A model generated the notes under the pieces. It had not been told where the DNA came from, ran no database searches, and saw only the letters and a list, made by a program, of their open reading frames with translations. Shown here piece after piece: positions 29,224 to 38,894 of a DNA stretch of 64,000 bases; the stretch's first letter is position 1; every line of letters starts with the position of its first letter. The position numbers and the translations under genes were made by a program. This DNA comes from an uncultured delta proteobacterium (GTDB lineage Bacteria > Myxococcota_A > Polyangia > Polyangiales > Polyangiaceae), in the NCBI GenBank assembly GCA_963716725.1, contig CAVQUB010000015.1:224001-288000 (forward strand), given 5' to 3'.

Positions 29224-31895
29224 TCGGGGTCCGGCGACCCCCCCGCGGGGGGCTGTTCGACCTTCTTGGGCTTCGGAAAATAGCGGACCCGTTTGGCCTG
29301 GAGCGGGTACCAGACGGCGACCGGGACCACGGGGGTGTCAGGGAAGATTCGAGCCGTGCCCGGGGAGGGGCGGCGGACCAAGCGGAGGGCCTCGGGGCTC
29401 GCGGCTACGGCGCGCCCGCGCAGGTCGCGGTCGCCGCCCAAGGCCACGGCGAGCGGCTTCGATAAGTACAGCCGCTGCTGCGCGCTCAGGCTTTTCAACG
29501 CGTCTTCGATCAGGGCGCCGTCGCGAGCGGGGTCGCGCTCCGTGGTCACCTCGACGTAGAGCAGCATGCCCTCGGCATCGAGGGCGAGGGCCGCCGAGGT
29601 GTCCGGCCCCACGCTCGACGCTCCTCGCGCGACCGGAACTGCGTGCTGCGGCGCGTCTGGGCCGATGGTCGGTCCCTTGGGTCCCAGCCACAGCGCGGCG
29701 CCCTGGGTGCCCGTCGGCGGGAAGGCGATCACGACCTCGGCGACTGCTTCGCTCGCGAGCGCGGGACGCAGGGCGGCCGGATCGAGCTTCACGATCGAGA
29801 GCTTGGTGTCGGGCCGCGCCGCCTCGGCGCGGAGCCAAGTCGTCGCGACGGCGTAAGGCCAGCCGTGTTGCGGCAACCCCTTGGTCTTCCACTCGCCCTC
29901 GCCGGGCTCGGCGGGGCTCACGCGGGTCGGGAGCTTCGGTCCGGGAACGAGATCACGCCGCGTCAGATAGAAGAAGTCCCGCGACTCGCGCTGGATGTAG
30001 CGCGGGAAGTTCATGAGGCCCATGTAGCGGAGCATGCGCCGGCTTCTGAATTTCCAGCCCTCCATGCCGCTGACGGCGCCTTCGGCTTCCCATTGCGAGT
30101 CGAGCTTGCGGTCGAGCGCCGGAAGCTCGGCGGCAGGCGCTGCTCGGTAGAACTCGAAGCCCGAGTGCCCGGGGTTCATGTCGAGGTGGATCCCGTAGTC
30201 GCAGCGCGCGCGCTGCATGGCGAAGGCCAAATGATCGGCGTCGATGCTCGCGCCGTAGAGGTAAGCGACGAAGCCCTCTTTGGTCTGGCAGACCGCGCTG
30301 CGGGTCGTGCGGCTCTCGTCGGTCCACCCAGGCGGAACCCCTCCCCACCAATTGCGTTTGTAGGGATTCACCACGCCGTCCATCACCAGCGGCGTCATGT
30401 TCTGGCGAAAGCTCAGGATGTTTTCCGGGACCTTCTCGTCGTTGGGCCAGGTCCCGAATCCGGTGGAGCCGTCGCTGAGCTCCGCCACCGTCGCGGAGTA
30501 GGGCTTGGGCGGCAGGTAGACCACGCCATCGGCCATCATGCCGAACTCGCCGTGGGTGGCCTGAAAGCCGCCGTTGAAGCCGCCCACCAGGCGCCGCATC
30601 ACCTCGGGCTTGCGCGGGACGAGTCCCGGCCCAGTCTCTCCGGTGGCGCTCTTCGGCTCGAGGGTGCCGCTCATGGTGTGCAGCGCGATCTGCCGCGGGT
30701 CCCAGATCAGCACCCAGGTCTGATTGTACGCGCGCTTCTGATCGGTTCGGATGAACGACTGCACGAAGGGCGAGGGCGTGTCGGGATTCGTGGCGATGAA
30801 GGGATCCTTGTCGAGCGGACGCCACTTGCCTTCGCCGGGCAGCGCGGGCGCGATCATCGGCTCCATCGGCGCGGGCGGCCAGCCCGTCTCGGGGTCCGGC
30901 AAGTCCGGCGCGAGCGGCGCGTCTTCGAGTCCGGCGAGCTCGGCCTTCACCCGGTCGGCGCCGGTGTCGCCGGTGATCCCGCCCACCACGCGCTCGAACG
31001 CATCGAGGGCCTCGAAGGCGATGGCCTTGACGAACTGCATGCGATCGTTGCCGAACCACGGCAGCGCGCGCACGCGGTCAACGGCCCACGTGACCACGTT
31101 GCCCGGGCGTCCCTTCTCCGGCGTCTGTTCCAGCAGATGGCGTGCGCCCTCGATGGCGCCGTCCCCGCCGGTTGAAATGCGGATCTTGCGGCTGTCGACC
31201 TCGGCGTGGAGGGCGCCCTCATCGAGCTCGAGCCGGTCGAGCGTGCCGGGCGGTTCGAGCCGGAAGGTGCGCTGTCCGACGCCGCTTTGCTGGCCTGTGG
31301 TCTGGAGGTTCGTGATCTGGCTCTGAATGCGCGCGGTCCGCCGCCAGTCGCTGGGCAAGGTCTCGCCCGAGAGATCGGCGAGCTTGAGCGTGAAGGCCTT
31401 GCCGTCGCTGCCAATGACCCAGGCCGCGTGATGCCCCCGCACCACGAGGTCGCGCTCGTCGACCGCCGAGGTGTCGCTGAGGTTGTAGACCGCGCACAGC
31501 TCGAGCAGCCGACCCTCTGGCGACCAACGGCTGGTGGTGAGCCAAATGTCGGCGGGCTCGCCGGCGCTCTGCGCCCGCACGACGGCTCGAACGCGCCGTT
31601 GGGTCGAGGTGAGCCGGCCCGGCAAGGGGTCGAGGAAGTGGATCTCCGACGGCTCAGCGCTCATGCCCCGCTCGCCGAGGGCGAGGGCGACGGCGCGCGC
31701 GCGATCGGCCTCGAGCCGCGCCGATCGCGGGGCTGGATCGGGCGCGAGGAAATAGCCCACGCTGAGCACGATCGGCAGCGGACGCGCGACTCCGACCAGG
31801 GTCCGCATCCAGGGCCGGAGCTTGGCAGGCCGCACGCCCGCAGCGAGTACTGCCGAATCCTGGGTCGGCCCGCCGGGCGCGCTGTCCACCGTCAT
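29220..31895 (-). CDS. Membrane-anchored protein with phosphodiester glycosidase (NAGPA)-like domain
   Basis: FNGGFQATHG, TTRSAVCQT and IHLDMN resemble the NAGPA NGG/R-T-A/NLDGG motifs. Stop overlaps the kinase ATG. Confidence 0.55.
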   Translation of the reverse strand: MTVDSAPGGPTQDSAVLAAGVRPAKLRPWMRTLVGVARPLPIVLSVGYFLAPDPAPRSARLEADRARAVALALGERGMSAEPSEIHFLDPLPGRLTSTQRRVRAVVRAQSAGEPADIWLTTSRWSPEGRLLELCAVYNLSDTSAVDERDLVVRGHHAAWVIGSDGKAFTLKLADLSGETLPSDWRRTARIQSQITNLQTTGQQSGVGQRTFRLEPPGTLDRLELDEGALHAEVDSRKIRISTGGDGAIEGARHLLEQTPEKGRPGNVVTWAVDRVRALPWFGNDRMQFVKAIAFEALDAFERVVGGITGDTGADRVKAELAGLEDAPLAPDLPDPETGWPPAPMEPMIAPALPGEGKWRPLDKDPFIATNPDTPSPFVQSFIRTDQKRAYNQTWVLIWDPRQIALHTMSGTLEPKSATGETGPGLVPRKPEVMRRLVGGFNGGFQATHGEFGMMADGVVYLPPKPYSATVAELSDGSTGFGTWPNDEKVPENILSFRQNMTPLVMDGVVNPYKRNWWGGVPPGWTDESRTTRSAVCQTKEGFVAYLYGASIDADHLAFAMQRARCDYGIHLDMNPGHSGFEFYRAAPAAELPALDRKLDSQWEAEGAVSGMEGWKFRSRRMLRYMGLMNFPRYIQRESRDFFYLTRRDLVPGPKLPTRVSPAEPGEGEWKTKGLPQHGWPYAVATTWLRAEAARPDTKLSIVKLDPAALRPALASEAVAEVVIAFPPTGTQGAALWLGPKGPTIGPDAPQHAVPVARGASSVGPDTSAALALDAEGMLLYVEVTTERDPARDGALIEDALKSLSAQQRLYLSKPLAVALGGDRDLRGRAVAASPEALRLVRRPSPGTARIFPDTPVVPVAVWYPLQAKRVRYFPKPKKVEQPPAGGSPDPE

Positions 31896-32048
31896 CTCCC
31901 GTGAAACGCGAACCCGCGGTTAGCATCTTCCCGACGCCGCAGCCATCGAGAGGTTGCGCGGGAGCCAACTGCGTTGGCTGTGGCCCCGCGGATTGGTGCG
32001 TAGACCCCGGGTCCTGCCCTGGCACGTGGCGTGCTACTCTGTTGGCAG

Positions 32049-32378
32049 ATGCGACGGTTCACGCGCCGCGGCTGGATCATCGGCCTCACGCTGCTCGGTA
32101 CGGCATGTCTGTCGCCGACGCTACCGCTGCCACCGCCGAGCCGGCCCGTGATCGAGGGGCCCGACCAAGAGGGCATGGTCACTCTCGAGGGCCACGTCGA
32201 TGGCCAGGCTACGGTTTTTGCCGCCAACATGCGCACTGGCGAGATCCGCGGGCAGTTCACCGGTCACGACGGTCACTACCGCTTCGCGATCCCCGCTGAA
32301 GTCGGCGACGAACTCGAGCTCTGGTATCAGACGGGCACGACGACCAGCCCGGGCATCGTGTTCAAGATCCCGAAGTGA
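32049..32378 (+). CDS. Small lipoprotein with Ig-like beta domain
   Basis: MRRFTRRGWIIGLTLLGTAC lipobox, then LSPTLPLPPP. Confidence 0.75.
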   Translation: MRRFTRRGWIIGLTLLGTACLSPTLPLPPPSRPVIEGPDQEGMVTLEGHVDGQATVFAANMRTGEIRGQFTGHDGHYRFAIPAEVGDELELWYQTGTTTSPGIVFKIPK

Positions 32379-33834
32379 CCACCCGGAGCGATACCCGCCG
32401 GCCGTCGCTGCCGTGGTGGGTCAAGCTCGCAGGCGACAGCCGTTTGGTTCGTCGCGCCGACACCGTCGGCTCCTCGTCCACGACCTCACCGAGCAGATCG
32501 TAGTCGGTGGCGCGCTCGACGCGGACGCGACGCATCTCGCCGGGGCGCACCTCGGCGCCCGAGAGGTAGACCTGGCCGTCGATCTCGGGCGCCTGACCCG
32601 CGTGGCGACCGACCATCACCAGCTCGCTCTCTTCGCTCGGACCTTCGACCAACACCACGAGCTCGCTGCCGACCAGGGCGCGCTGCTTCTCTCGGCTGAT
32701 CTTGCGCTGAATTCCCATCAGCTTCTTGGCACGCGAGGCCCCAACGCGGGCGAGCACCTTGTCGGGGAGCGTGGTGCTCTTCGACGACGCTTCGTCCGAG
32801 TAGCGGAACACGCCCATGTGATCGAAGCGCGCCCAGCGCACGAACTCGCACAGCTCCTCGAACTCGGCGTCGGTCTCGCCGGGGTGCCCGACGATGAAGG
32901 CAGTGCGGAAAACCAGCCCGGGGACCCGGCCGCGCAGCCGAGTCACGAGGTCGCGCAGGCGCGCGCCGCCGTGGCCGCGACGCATGCGGCGCAACATGCC
33001 GTCCGCCGCGTGCTGGAGGGGCATGTCGACATAGGGAACCACACGCTCATGCTGAGCCAGCAGGTCGATCAGGTCGTCGCCGAGCTTCTCGGGGTAGAGG
33101 TAGAAGAGCCGCACCCAGCGGATCCCGGCCACGCTCGCGACTCGCTCGACCAGTTTTGCGAGGCTGCGCGCACCGCCCAGATCGCGGCCGTAGGACACCG
33201 TGTCTTGCGAGACCAGGTTCACCTCGAGCACGCCTGCGTCGGCGAGGCGCTTCACCTCCTCGACCACGTCCGCGACAGTGCGTGAGCGCTGAACGCCGCG
33301 CAGCTCGGGGATCACGCAGAACGAGCACTTGCGATCGCAGCCCTCGGCGATCTTCACGTAGGCGCTCGCGCCCCGCGTCGAGAGCGTGCGCGGGTCGCCG
33401 GCGTCGACCACCCAGTCGGCGGGATTGCCGACCAAGATCCGGTCGGCCTTGCCTGCGAGCACGCGTTCGAGCTGCAGCATGTCGCTGGAGCCCAGCAGGT
33501 GATCGACCTCGGGCAGCCCGTCGGCCAGCTCGTCGGGGTGACGCTGGCTCAGGCAGCCGGCCACCACGAGCTTCTTGCAGCTGCCGGTCTGCTTGTGGGC
33601 GGCCAGCTCCAAGATGGTGTCGATGCTCTCCTTCTTGGCCGGTTCGATGAACCCGCAGGTGTTCACCACGATCACGCTGGCGTCGGCGGCGTCGGGCACG
33701 TGGCGGTAGCCGGCGCGCTCGGCGACGCCCAGCATCACCTCGCTGTCGACGCGGTTCTTCGGACAGCCGAGGGAAACGAAATGGATGGTCTTTTTGGCCA
33801 AAGGCGTCGGGCTCTTAGCTCGCGGGTCGCTCAT
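32362..33834 (-). CDS. rimO: Ribosomal protein S12 methylthiotransferase RimO
   Basis: SLGCPKNRVDSE, NTCGFI, AGCL, EGCDRKCSFC, APEIDG TRAM domain. Confidence 0.96.
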   Translation of the reverse strand: MSDPRAKSPTPLAKKTIHFVSLGCPKNRVDSEVMLGVAERAGYRHVPDAADASVIVVNTCGFIEPAKKESIDTILELAAHKQTGSCKKLVVAGCLSQRHPDELADGLPEVDHLLGSSDMLQLERVLAGKADRILVGNPADWVVDAGDPRTLSTRGASAYVKIAEGCDRKCSFCVIPELRGVQRSRTVADVVEEVKRLADAGVLEVNLVSQDTVSYGRDLGGARSLAKLVERVASVAGIRWVRLFYLYPEKLGDDLIDLLAQHERVVPYVDMPLQHAADGMLRRMRRGHGGARLRDLVTRLRGRVPGLVFRTAFIVGHPGETDAEFEELCEFVRWARFDHMGVFRYSDEASSKSTTLPDKVLARVGASRAKKLMGIQRKISREKQRALVGSELVVLVEGPSEESELVMVGRHAGQAPEIDGQVYLSGAEVRPGEMRRVRVERATDYDLLGEVVDEEPTVSARRTKRLSPASLTHHGSDGRRVSLRVVTSGS

Positions 33835-33937
33835 TGGCCAGGCTCGCCCTCGGATCGCCCCGCGAACCCGGCAAAAATGGGCTGCCTCGGGGGATCTTGA
33901 CCCCCGTCATTTTCCTACTCGGCGACTCGGCGTAATT

Positions 33938-33969
33938 CTGACTGACCGGCCAGACAGACCGAACGGTCA
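33938..33969. promoter_or_regulatory. Putative TetR operator (two adjacent palindromes)
   Basis: CTGACTGACC|GGCCAGACAG (8/10 paired) and GACCG-AA-CGGTC immediately before the SD of the TetR gene. Confidence 0.5.
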
Positions 33970-33981
33970 GGGAGGAACAGA

Positions 33982-34656
33982 GTGGCGGAATCAGGGGAAA
34001 TCACGCTCGATCCCGCGAATGATCCCAAGACGCGTCGCCGCCGTCCGAGCCTCCCGGCCCGGGATGGAGACTCGGTCGATCGGATCCTGGGCGCGGCCGA
34101 GGCCTGCTTCCGGGAGGCCGGCTACACGGGCGTGTCCCTGCGCGAGATCGCGGAGAAGGCAGGCCTGTCGAAGAGCTCCGTGCTCTACCACTTCGAGTCG
34201 AAGGACCACGTCTTCGCCGAGCTGCAGCTGCGGGTGTATCGACGCCTGGCCAGCACGGTGACCGAGTCGGTGGAGCACGCCGGCGGCGCAGCGGCGGACC
34301 GCGCGCGCGTCGCCCTCGACTCACTCATCAGCGCCGTCCGTCAGGGCAACGATCTCACCGTGCACGCCATGCTCGGCGCGCGTGCGCTGACGAATCCCGA
34401 CGACGCGTTGCACGTGCGGCGCATGCGACGGGAGCTGCGCGCTCTCCTCCGGGGCACGTTGCAGGAGATCTTCGCAGTCGACGGCGAGCCCATGCCTCTC
34501 GAACTCGAAGCAGCAGGCGATCTGCTCTGGGCCGCGCTCACCGGTCTCGGTCTGCAGGCGGTGCTCGACGACTCCCCGGAGGAGCTCGAACGCGGCTTCG
34601 ACAGCCTGCGCACCGTCGTGGCGCTGGCCTTCTCGTCCAAGGAGCCTGCCCAATGA
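33982..34656 (+). CDS. TetR/AcrR family transcriptional regulator
   Basis: RILGAAEACFREAGYTGVSLREIAEKAGLSKSSVLYHFESK HTH. SD GGAGGA. Confidence 0.95.
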   Translation: MAESGEITLDPANDPKTRRRRPSLPARDGDSVDRILGAAEACFREAGYTGVSLREIAEKAGLSKSSVLYHFESKDHVFAELQLRVYRRLASTVTESVEHAGGAAADRARVALDSLISAVRQGNDLTVHAMLGARALTNPDDALHVRRMRRELRALLRGTLQEIFAVDGEPMPLELEAAGDLLWAALTGLGLQAVLDDSPEELERGFDSLRTVVALAFSSKEPAQ

Positions 34657-37600
34657 GCCTGCGGATCGCCGCGGCGGATTTGGGCAAGAGCTCCGCCAAG
34701 CTGATCACGGCCAGCTGCGAGGGGGGCGCTGTGGTCGTCGACTCGAGCGCGGTGATCGAGCACGAGGGCTCGCCCCTCGAGGTGTTCGCGGGCTGGTACC
34801 GCGACCAGGAGATCGGCGGTTTCGCGGCCCTGGGCGTCACCGGCTTGTTTGCAGACGAAATCACCGCGCCGGCGCTCTCGGGGTTGCCCGAAGACGCCTG
34901 CCTGGAGGCCGCGCTCGCCCTCGCCCCCGAGCTGGTCGGTCCGGTCAACCTGCTCAGCGTCGGCGCGCGGGGCTACGCGGTGCTCGTCCGCGACGCGCAG
35001 GGAAGGGTCCAGTACGTCGAGAACGACAAGTGCTCGTCCGGGACCGGCGAGACCATGGTCAAGACCGCCGCACGCTTCGGCATGAGCCTCGAGCAGGCGG
35101 ATCGGCTTGCGGCCGGAGTCACCGAATCCATCGCCATCACCGCTCGCTGCTCGGTCTTCGCCAAGAGCGAGATGACCCACTTCGGCAACCAGGGAGAGCC
35201 GGCGGACAAGCTCTTCCGCGGCTACTTCGACTCCATTGCGCGCTACGTCGCTGCGTTGCTCGGCCGGGTGCGGGTCGACGGTCCGATCTTCCTGATCGGC
35301 GGTGGCGGCAGGGTGACTACGTTGCGGCAGTGCCTCGCGGCCCACCTCGAAGCCGACGTTGGCGTGCTCGAACGCGGGTTGTTGCTCGAAGGTCTGGGCG
35401 CGCTGGCGATGGCCGGGGAGCACGCGCGTTCGGGTCAGGCACGGGCGCTGCCGCGGGACGCATCGAGCCTGATCCGGCCGAAAGCGCGCCGGGTTCGCGC
35501 CCTCGAGCCTGCGAAGAACCACGCGCACCGCGTCACACGCCTGAGCGCGCCCCCGGTTGACGCCGACGCGGCCTCGGGTCCGACGGTGCTCGGGCTCGAT
35601 CTCGGATCGACGGGCAGCAAAGCGGTGCTCACCTCGATCGAGACCGGCGAAATCGTGCTCGATCTCTACGACCGCACCCGGGGCAACCCCGTGGAGGCGG
35701 CGCAGCGCCTGGTGCGCACCCTGTGCGAGACGACGCGCCCGGACGTGCGGGCGGTCGGAGTCACGGGATCGGGTCGCGAGGCCGTGGCCACCGTCTTGCG
35801 TGCGGCGTTTGCAAACGCGCCGGAGCGCGTGGTCGTGCAAAACGAAATCGTCGCGCACGCCACGGCCGCGATCCGCGCCGACGATCGCGGCGGCAAGAGC
35901 CTGAGCATTGTCGAGATCGGCGGCCAAGACGCCAAATTCGTCCAGATCGCCGACGGCCAGATCGTCGAGAGCGACATGAACAAGGCGTGCAGTGCCGGGA
36001 CCGGCTCGTTCCTGGAGGAGCAGGCCGTGTTCTATGGCGTGCACGACATCGCGGAGTTCACGCGGCTGGCGTCGAGTTCCCTCGCGCCGCCCGAGCTCGG
36101 GCAGATGTGCACGGTGTTCGTTGCAGAGACCGCAGCAGAGGCCCACGCCGAGGGCTACTCGGTGGCCGATTTGTTCGCCGGCTTCCAGTACTCGGTGATC
36201 CACAACTATCTGAACCGCGTGATGGGGCAGCGCGCCTTTGGCGAGCGGGTGTTCTTTCAAGGCAAGCCGGCGAGCGGCGAGTCGCTGGCGTGGACGCTGG
36301 CCGCGGTCAGCGGGCGTGAGGTCGTCGTGCCGCCGAACCCCGGCGCGATGGGCGCCTGGGGCGTGGGCTTGTCGGCCATCGCGGAGCTCGGTGAGAGCTT
36401 GTCGGCTGCGGAGCGCCTCGATCTCGGCGGCATGCTCGACGCGCGCATGCTGAGCAAGACCGAGTTTCGCTGCGACGACAAACGCTGCGCGACGCTGTGC
36501 CGCATCGAGCGCGCCACGGTGGCGGTGGGCGGCGCGAAGCAAACGGTTTTTTCCGGAGGATCCTGCCCCAAATTCGAGGTGTCCCGGGCCGGACGCCAGA
36601 AGCTGCCGGCCGAGGCCCCGAGCGCCTTCGACGAGCGCGAGGCGCTGCTCGAACCCTACTTCGCCGGCGCATCGGGCCCGCGGGTGGTCGACGTGCCCCA
36701 CGTGGGCTCCCTGGCGGGTTGGCTGCCCTGGGTGGTGACGCTGCTCCAAGAGTTGGGCCTCGGGGTGCGCGTACTCCGAAGCGACGCGAGCACGCTGTCG
36801 CGGGGCGAAGAGCTGTGCAGCGCCTACGACTCCTGCGCGCCGATGAAGGTCGCGCACGGGGTCGGCGCGGTTGCGGGGGAGACGCTGTTCTTCCCGCGGC
36901 TGCTCGACTTGCCGGACCGCGACGGTGGCACTGGCAAGACCTGCTCCACCGAGCAGGGCATGTCGGTGGTGCTCGAGCAAGTGATCGCCAGTCGCGAGCT
37001 CGACACCCGCGTGATCGATCCCGTGATCTCGTTCGAGCAGGGGCTCACGTCGCCGGCGGTGCTCTTCTCGCTGGTCGGTGCCGCACGCGAGCTCGGGGTG
37101 GATCCCGCGCTCTTGCCCGGGGCGCTGCACCGCGCCGCCGCCGCACAGCAGAACTTCCAGCGCGAGCTTACGGCCATCGGCCGGCGCACGCTGAGCTACG
37201 GACGGGCCCGCGAGATCCCCATCGTGGTGGTCTGCGGATCCGAGCACGTGATCTTCGATCGCTGCGTGAACGCCGGGATCCCTGGTATTTTGCGCCAAAA
37301 TGGGGTGCTGGCGCTGCCCATGGATTGCCACCCGGTGCCCGGTCACGTCGACGCCGTCTCCAGTGTTGCGTGGACCGACGCGCGACGCGCGATCCGCGTC
37401 GCCCTCGCGGCGCGCGAGACCGGTGACGTGTTCCCCTTGTGGCTGTCGTCCTTCGGCTGCGGGCCGTCGTCCTTCGTCGAGCAGGTCTTCGATCACCTGA
37501 TGCACGGCTACCCGCACACCTGCCTGGAGAGCGATGGGCACGGCGGCACCGCCGGATTTGTCACGCGCATCCAGGCCTTCTTGCACGGCGTGCGGCAGTT

Positions 37601-38894
37601 CGGGCGTCGCCCAGCGCCGACCTCGAAGCGGCGGCTGCGCGTGATCGAGCCCGTCGCGCGCCGCCCGCTGGCCGACGACCGGGACGCCCGGCTGGTGGTG
37701 CTCTCGGCGGGAGGGCGCCTGTCCGAGATCGGCGCCGCGGCCTACCGCGCCTTCGGCTACGACGCGGTCGCCTCGGGTCCCAACACCCAGGCCACCCTTG
37801 CCGCGGGGCGCAGCGACTGCTCAGGCAAGGAGTGCCTGCCTTATCAGCTCGTATGGGGCGCGTTCAAGCAGGAGCTCGACCGGACGCCCCCCGATACCAA
37901 CGCGGTGCTGGTGCAGGTCGGTGGCCAAGGCGCCTGCCGCAACTGCATGTTCACCGTGAAAGACAAGATCTCGGTCGAACACTTGGGCGTGGCGGATCGG
38001 GTCGGCTTCCGCCTCTTCGGCGCCGAAGACGACGTGCGATCGGCGTTTCAGACCCGATTTTGGGCGGGCACCATCGCCCACGACGTCTTGAAACAGCTCT
38101 GGGCCTACCACCTGGTGCTCGATCCGGGCCGCGAAGAGATCACCGCGCTCCACCGTCGCTACGGTGACGAGCTGATCGCGCTGCTCGAGCGTCCGACGCC
38201 CGGCAGACTCGACGCGCTCGCGGCTTGGAAGGAGCTGCTCTCACTGCTCGAGCGCGCCGCCCGAGACTACGCGCGCTTCGAGGCGCGGGCGACCGGCGAG
38301 CTTCGCACGGTGCTCTTGACCGGCGACATCTATCTGCGCACCGATGACTTTGCGAACGACGGCATCGTCGCGGCGCTGGCGGATCGAGGTCTGCGGGTCG
38401 TGGGCGAGCCGGTCGGCGTGATGGTCGAGTACCTGAGCCACGAGAACTCCGACGAGCTCATCGGCATGAGACGCGGCCTCTTCGAGCACGTCACGTCGAG
38501 CTCGCTGGGCCTCGCCATGCGACGCGCCGCCTACGCCCGCGTCGAGCCCCGGCATCCCTGGATTGTGCGCGGCGAGATCCCCGACATGCTCGAGCGCGCC
38601 CGTCCCATCATCGACGGCACACCCTTTGGCGAAGCGCCCATCACCGTGGGCAGCGTGCTCGAGAGCTGGCACGAGGGGCGCTGCGACGGCGTGGTGCTGG
38701 TCAGTCCCTGGGGCTGCGGTCCCGGGCTGCTCGCCGAGAGCCTGCTCCGGCCCATGCGCGAGATCCCCATGCTGTTCTCGTACAGCGACGGATCGCCGAT
38801 GGACGCGCGCCGGCTCAATGCGTTTGCGCATCGCCTCAAGCGGCGTTCCGCGCGGACCCAAATCCGCCCGCGAGCGGGGGAGGCGGCCGAGTGA
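34653..38894 (+). CDS. Fused double CoA-activase (BadF/BcrAD ASKHA ATPase) plus 2-hydroxyacyl-CoA dehydratase/reductase-like domains (PlsA/Ger-type architecture)
   Basis: NDKCSSGTG/ARCSVFAKSE and GLDLGSTGSK/EIGGQDAK/NKACSAGTGSFLEEQA/MCTVF, then SCAPMKVAHG, SFGCGP, CSGKECLP, GACR, PWGCGP. 1413 aa. Confidence 0.88.
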   Translation: MSLRIAAADLGKSSAKLITASCEGGAVVVDSSAVIEHEGSPLEVFAGWYRDQEIGGFAALGVTGLFADEITAPALSGLPEDACLEAALALAPELVGPVNLLSVGARGYAVLVRDAQGRVQYVENDKCSSGTGETMVKTAARFGMSLEQADRLAAGVTESIAITARCSVFAKSEMTHFGNQGEPADKLFRGYFDSIARYVAALLGRVRVDGPIFLIGGGGRVTTLRQCLAAHLEADVGVLERGLLLEGLGALAMAGEHARSGQARALPRDASSLIRPKARRVRALEPAKNHAHRVTRLSAPPVDADAASGPTVLGLDLGSTGSKAVLTSIETGEIVLDLYDRTRGNPVEAAQRLVRTLCETTRPDVRAVGVTGSGREAVATVLRAAFANAPERVVVQNEIVAHATAAIRADDRGGKSLSIVEIGGQDAKFVQIADGQIVESDMNKACSAGTGSFLEEQAVFYGVHDIAEFTRLASSSLAPPELGQMCTVFVAETAAEAHAEGYSVADLFAGFQYSVIHNYLNRVMGQRAFGERVFFQGKPASGESLAWTLAAVSGREVVVPPNPGAMGAWGVGLSAIAELGESLSAAERLDLGGMLDARMLSKTEFRCDDKRCATLCRIERATVAVGGAKQTVFSGGSCPKFEVSRAGRQKLPAEAPSAFDEREALLEPYFAGASGPRVVDVPHVGSLAGWLPWVVTLLQELGLGVRVLRSDASTLSRGEELCSAYDSCAPMKVAHGVGAVAGETLFFPRLLDLPDRDGGTGKTCSTEQGMSVVLEQVIASRELDTRVIDPVISFEQGLTSPAVLFSLVGAARELGVDPALLPGALHRAAAAQQNFQRELTAIGRRTLSYGRAREIPIVVVCGSEHVIFDRCVNAGIPGILRQNGVLALPMDCHPVPGHVDAVSSVAWTDARRAIRVALAARETGDVFPLWLSSFGCGPSSFVEQVFDHLMHGYPHTCLESDGHGGTAGFVTRIQAFLHGVRQFGRRPAPTSKRRLRVIEPVARRPLADDRDARLVVLSAGGRLSEIGAAAYRAFGYDAVASGPNTQATLAAGRSDCSGKECLPYQLVWGAFKQELDRTPPDTNAVLVQVGGQGACRNCMFTVKDKISVEHLGVADRVGFRLFGAEDDVRSAFQTRFWAGTIAHDVLKQLWAYHLVLDPGREEITALHRRYGDELIALLERPTPGRLDALAAWKELLSLLERAARDYARFEARATGELRTVLLTGDIYLRTDDFANDGIVAALADRGLRVVGEPVGVMVEYLSHENSDELIGMRRGLFEHVTSSSLGLAMRRAAYARVEPRHPWIVRGEIPDMLERARPIIDGTPFGEAPITVGSVLESWHEGRCDGVVLVSPWGCGPGLLAESLLRPMREIPMLFSYSDGSPMDARRLNAFAHRLKRRSARTQIRPRAGEAAE

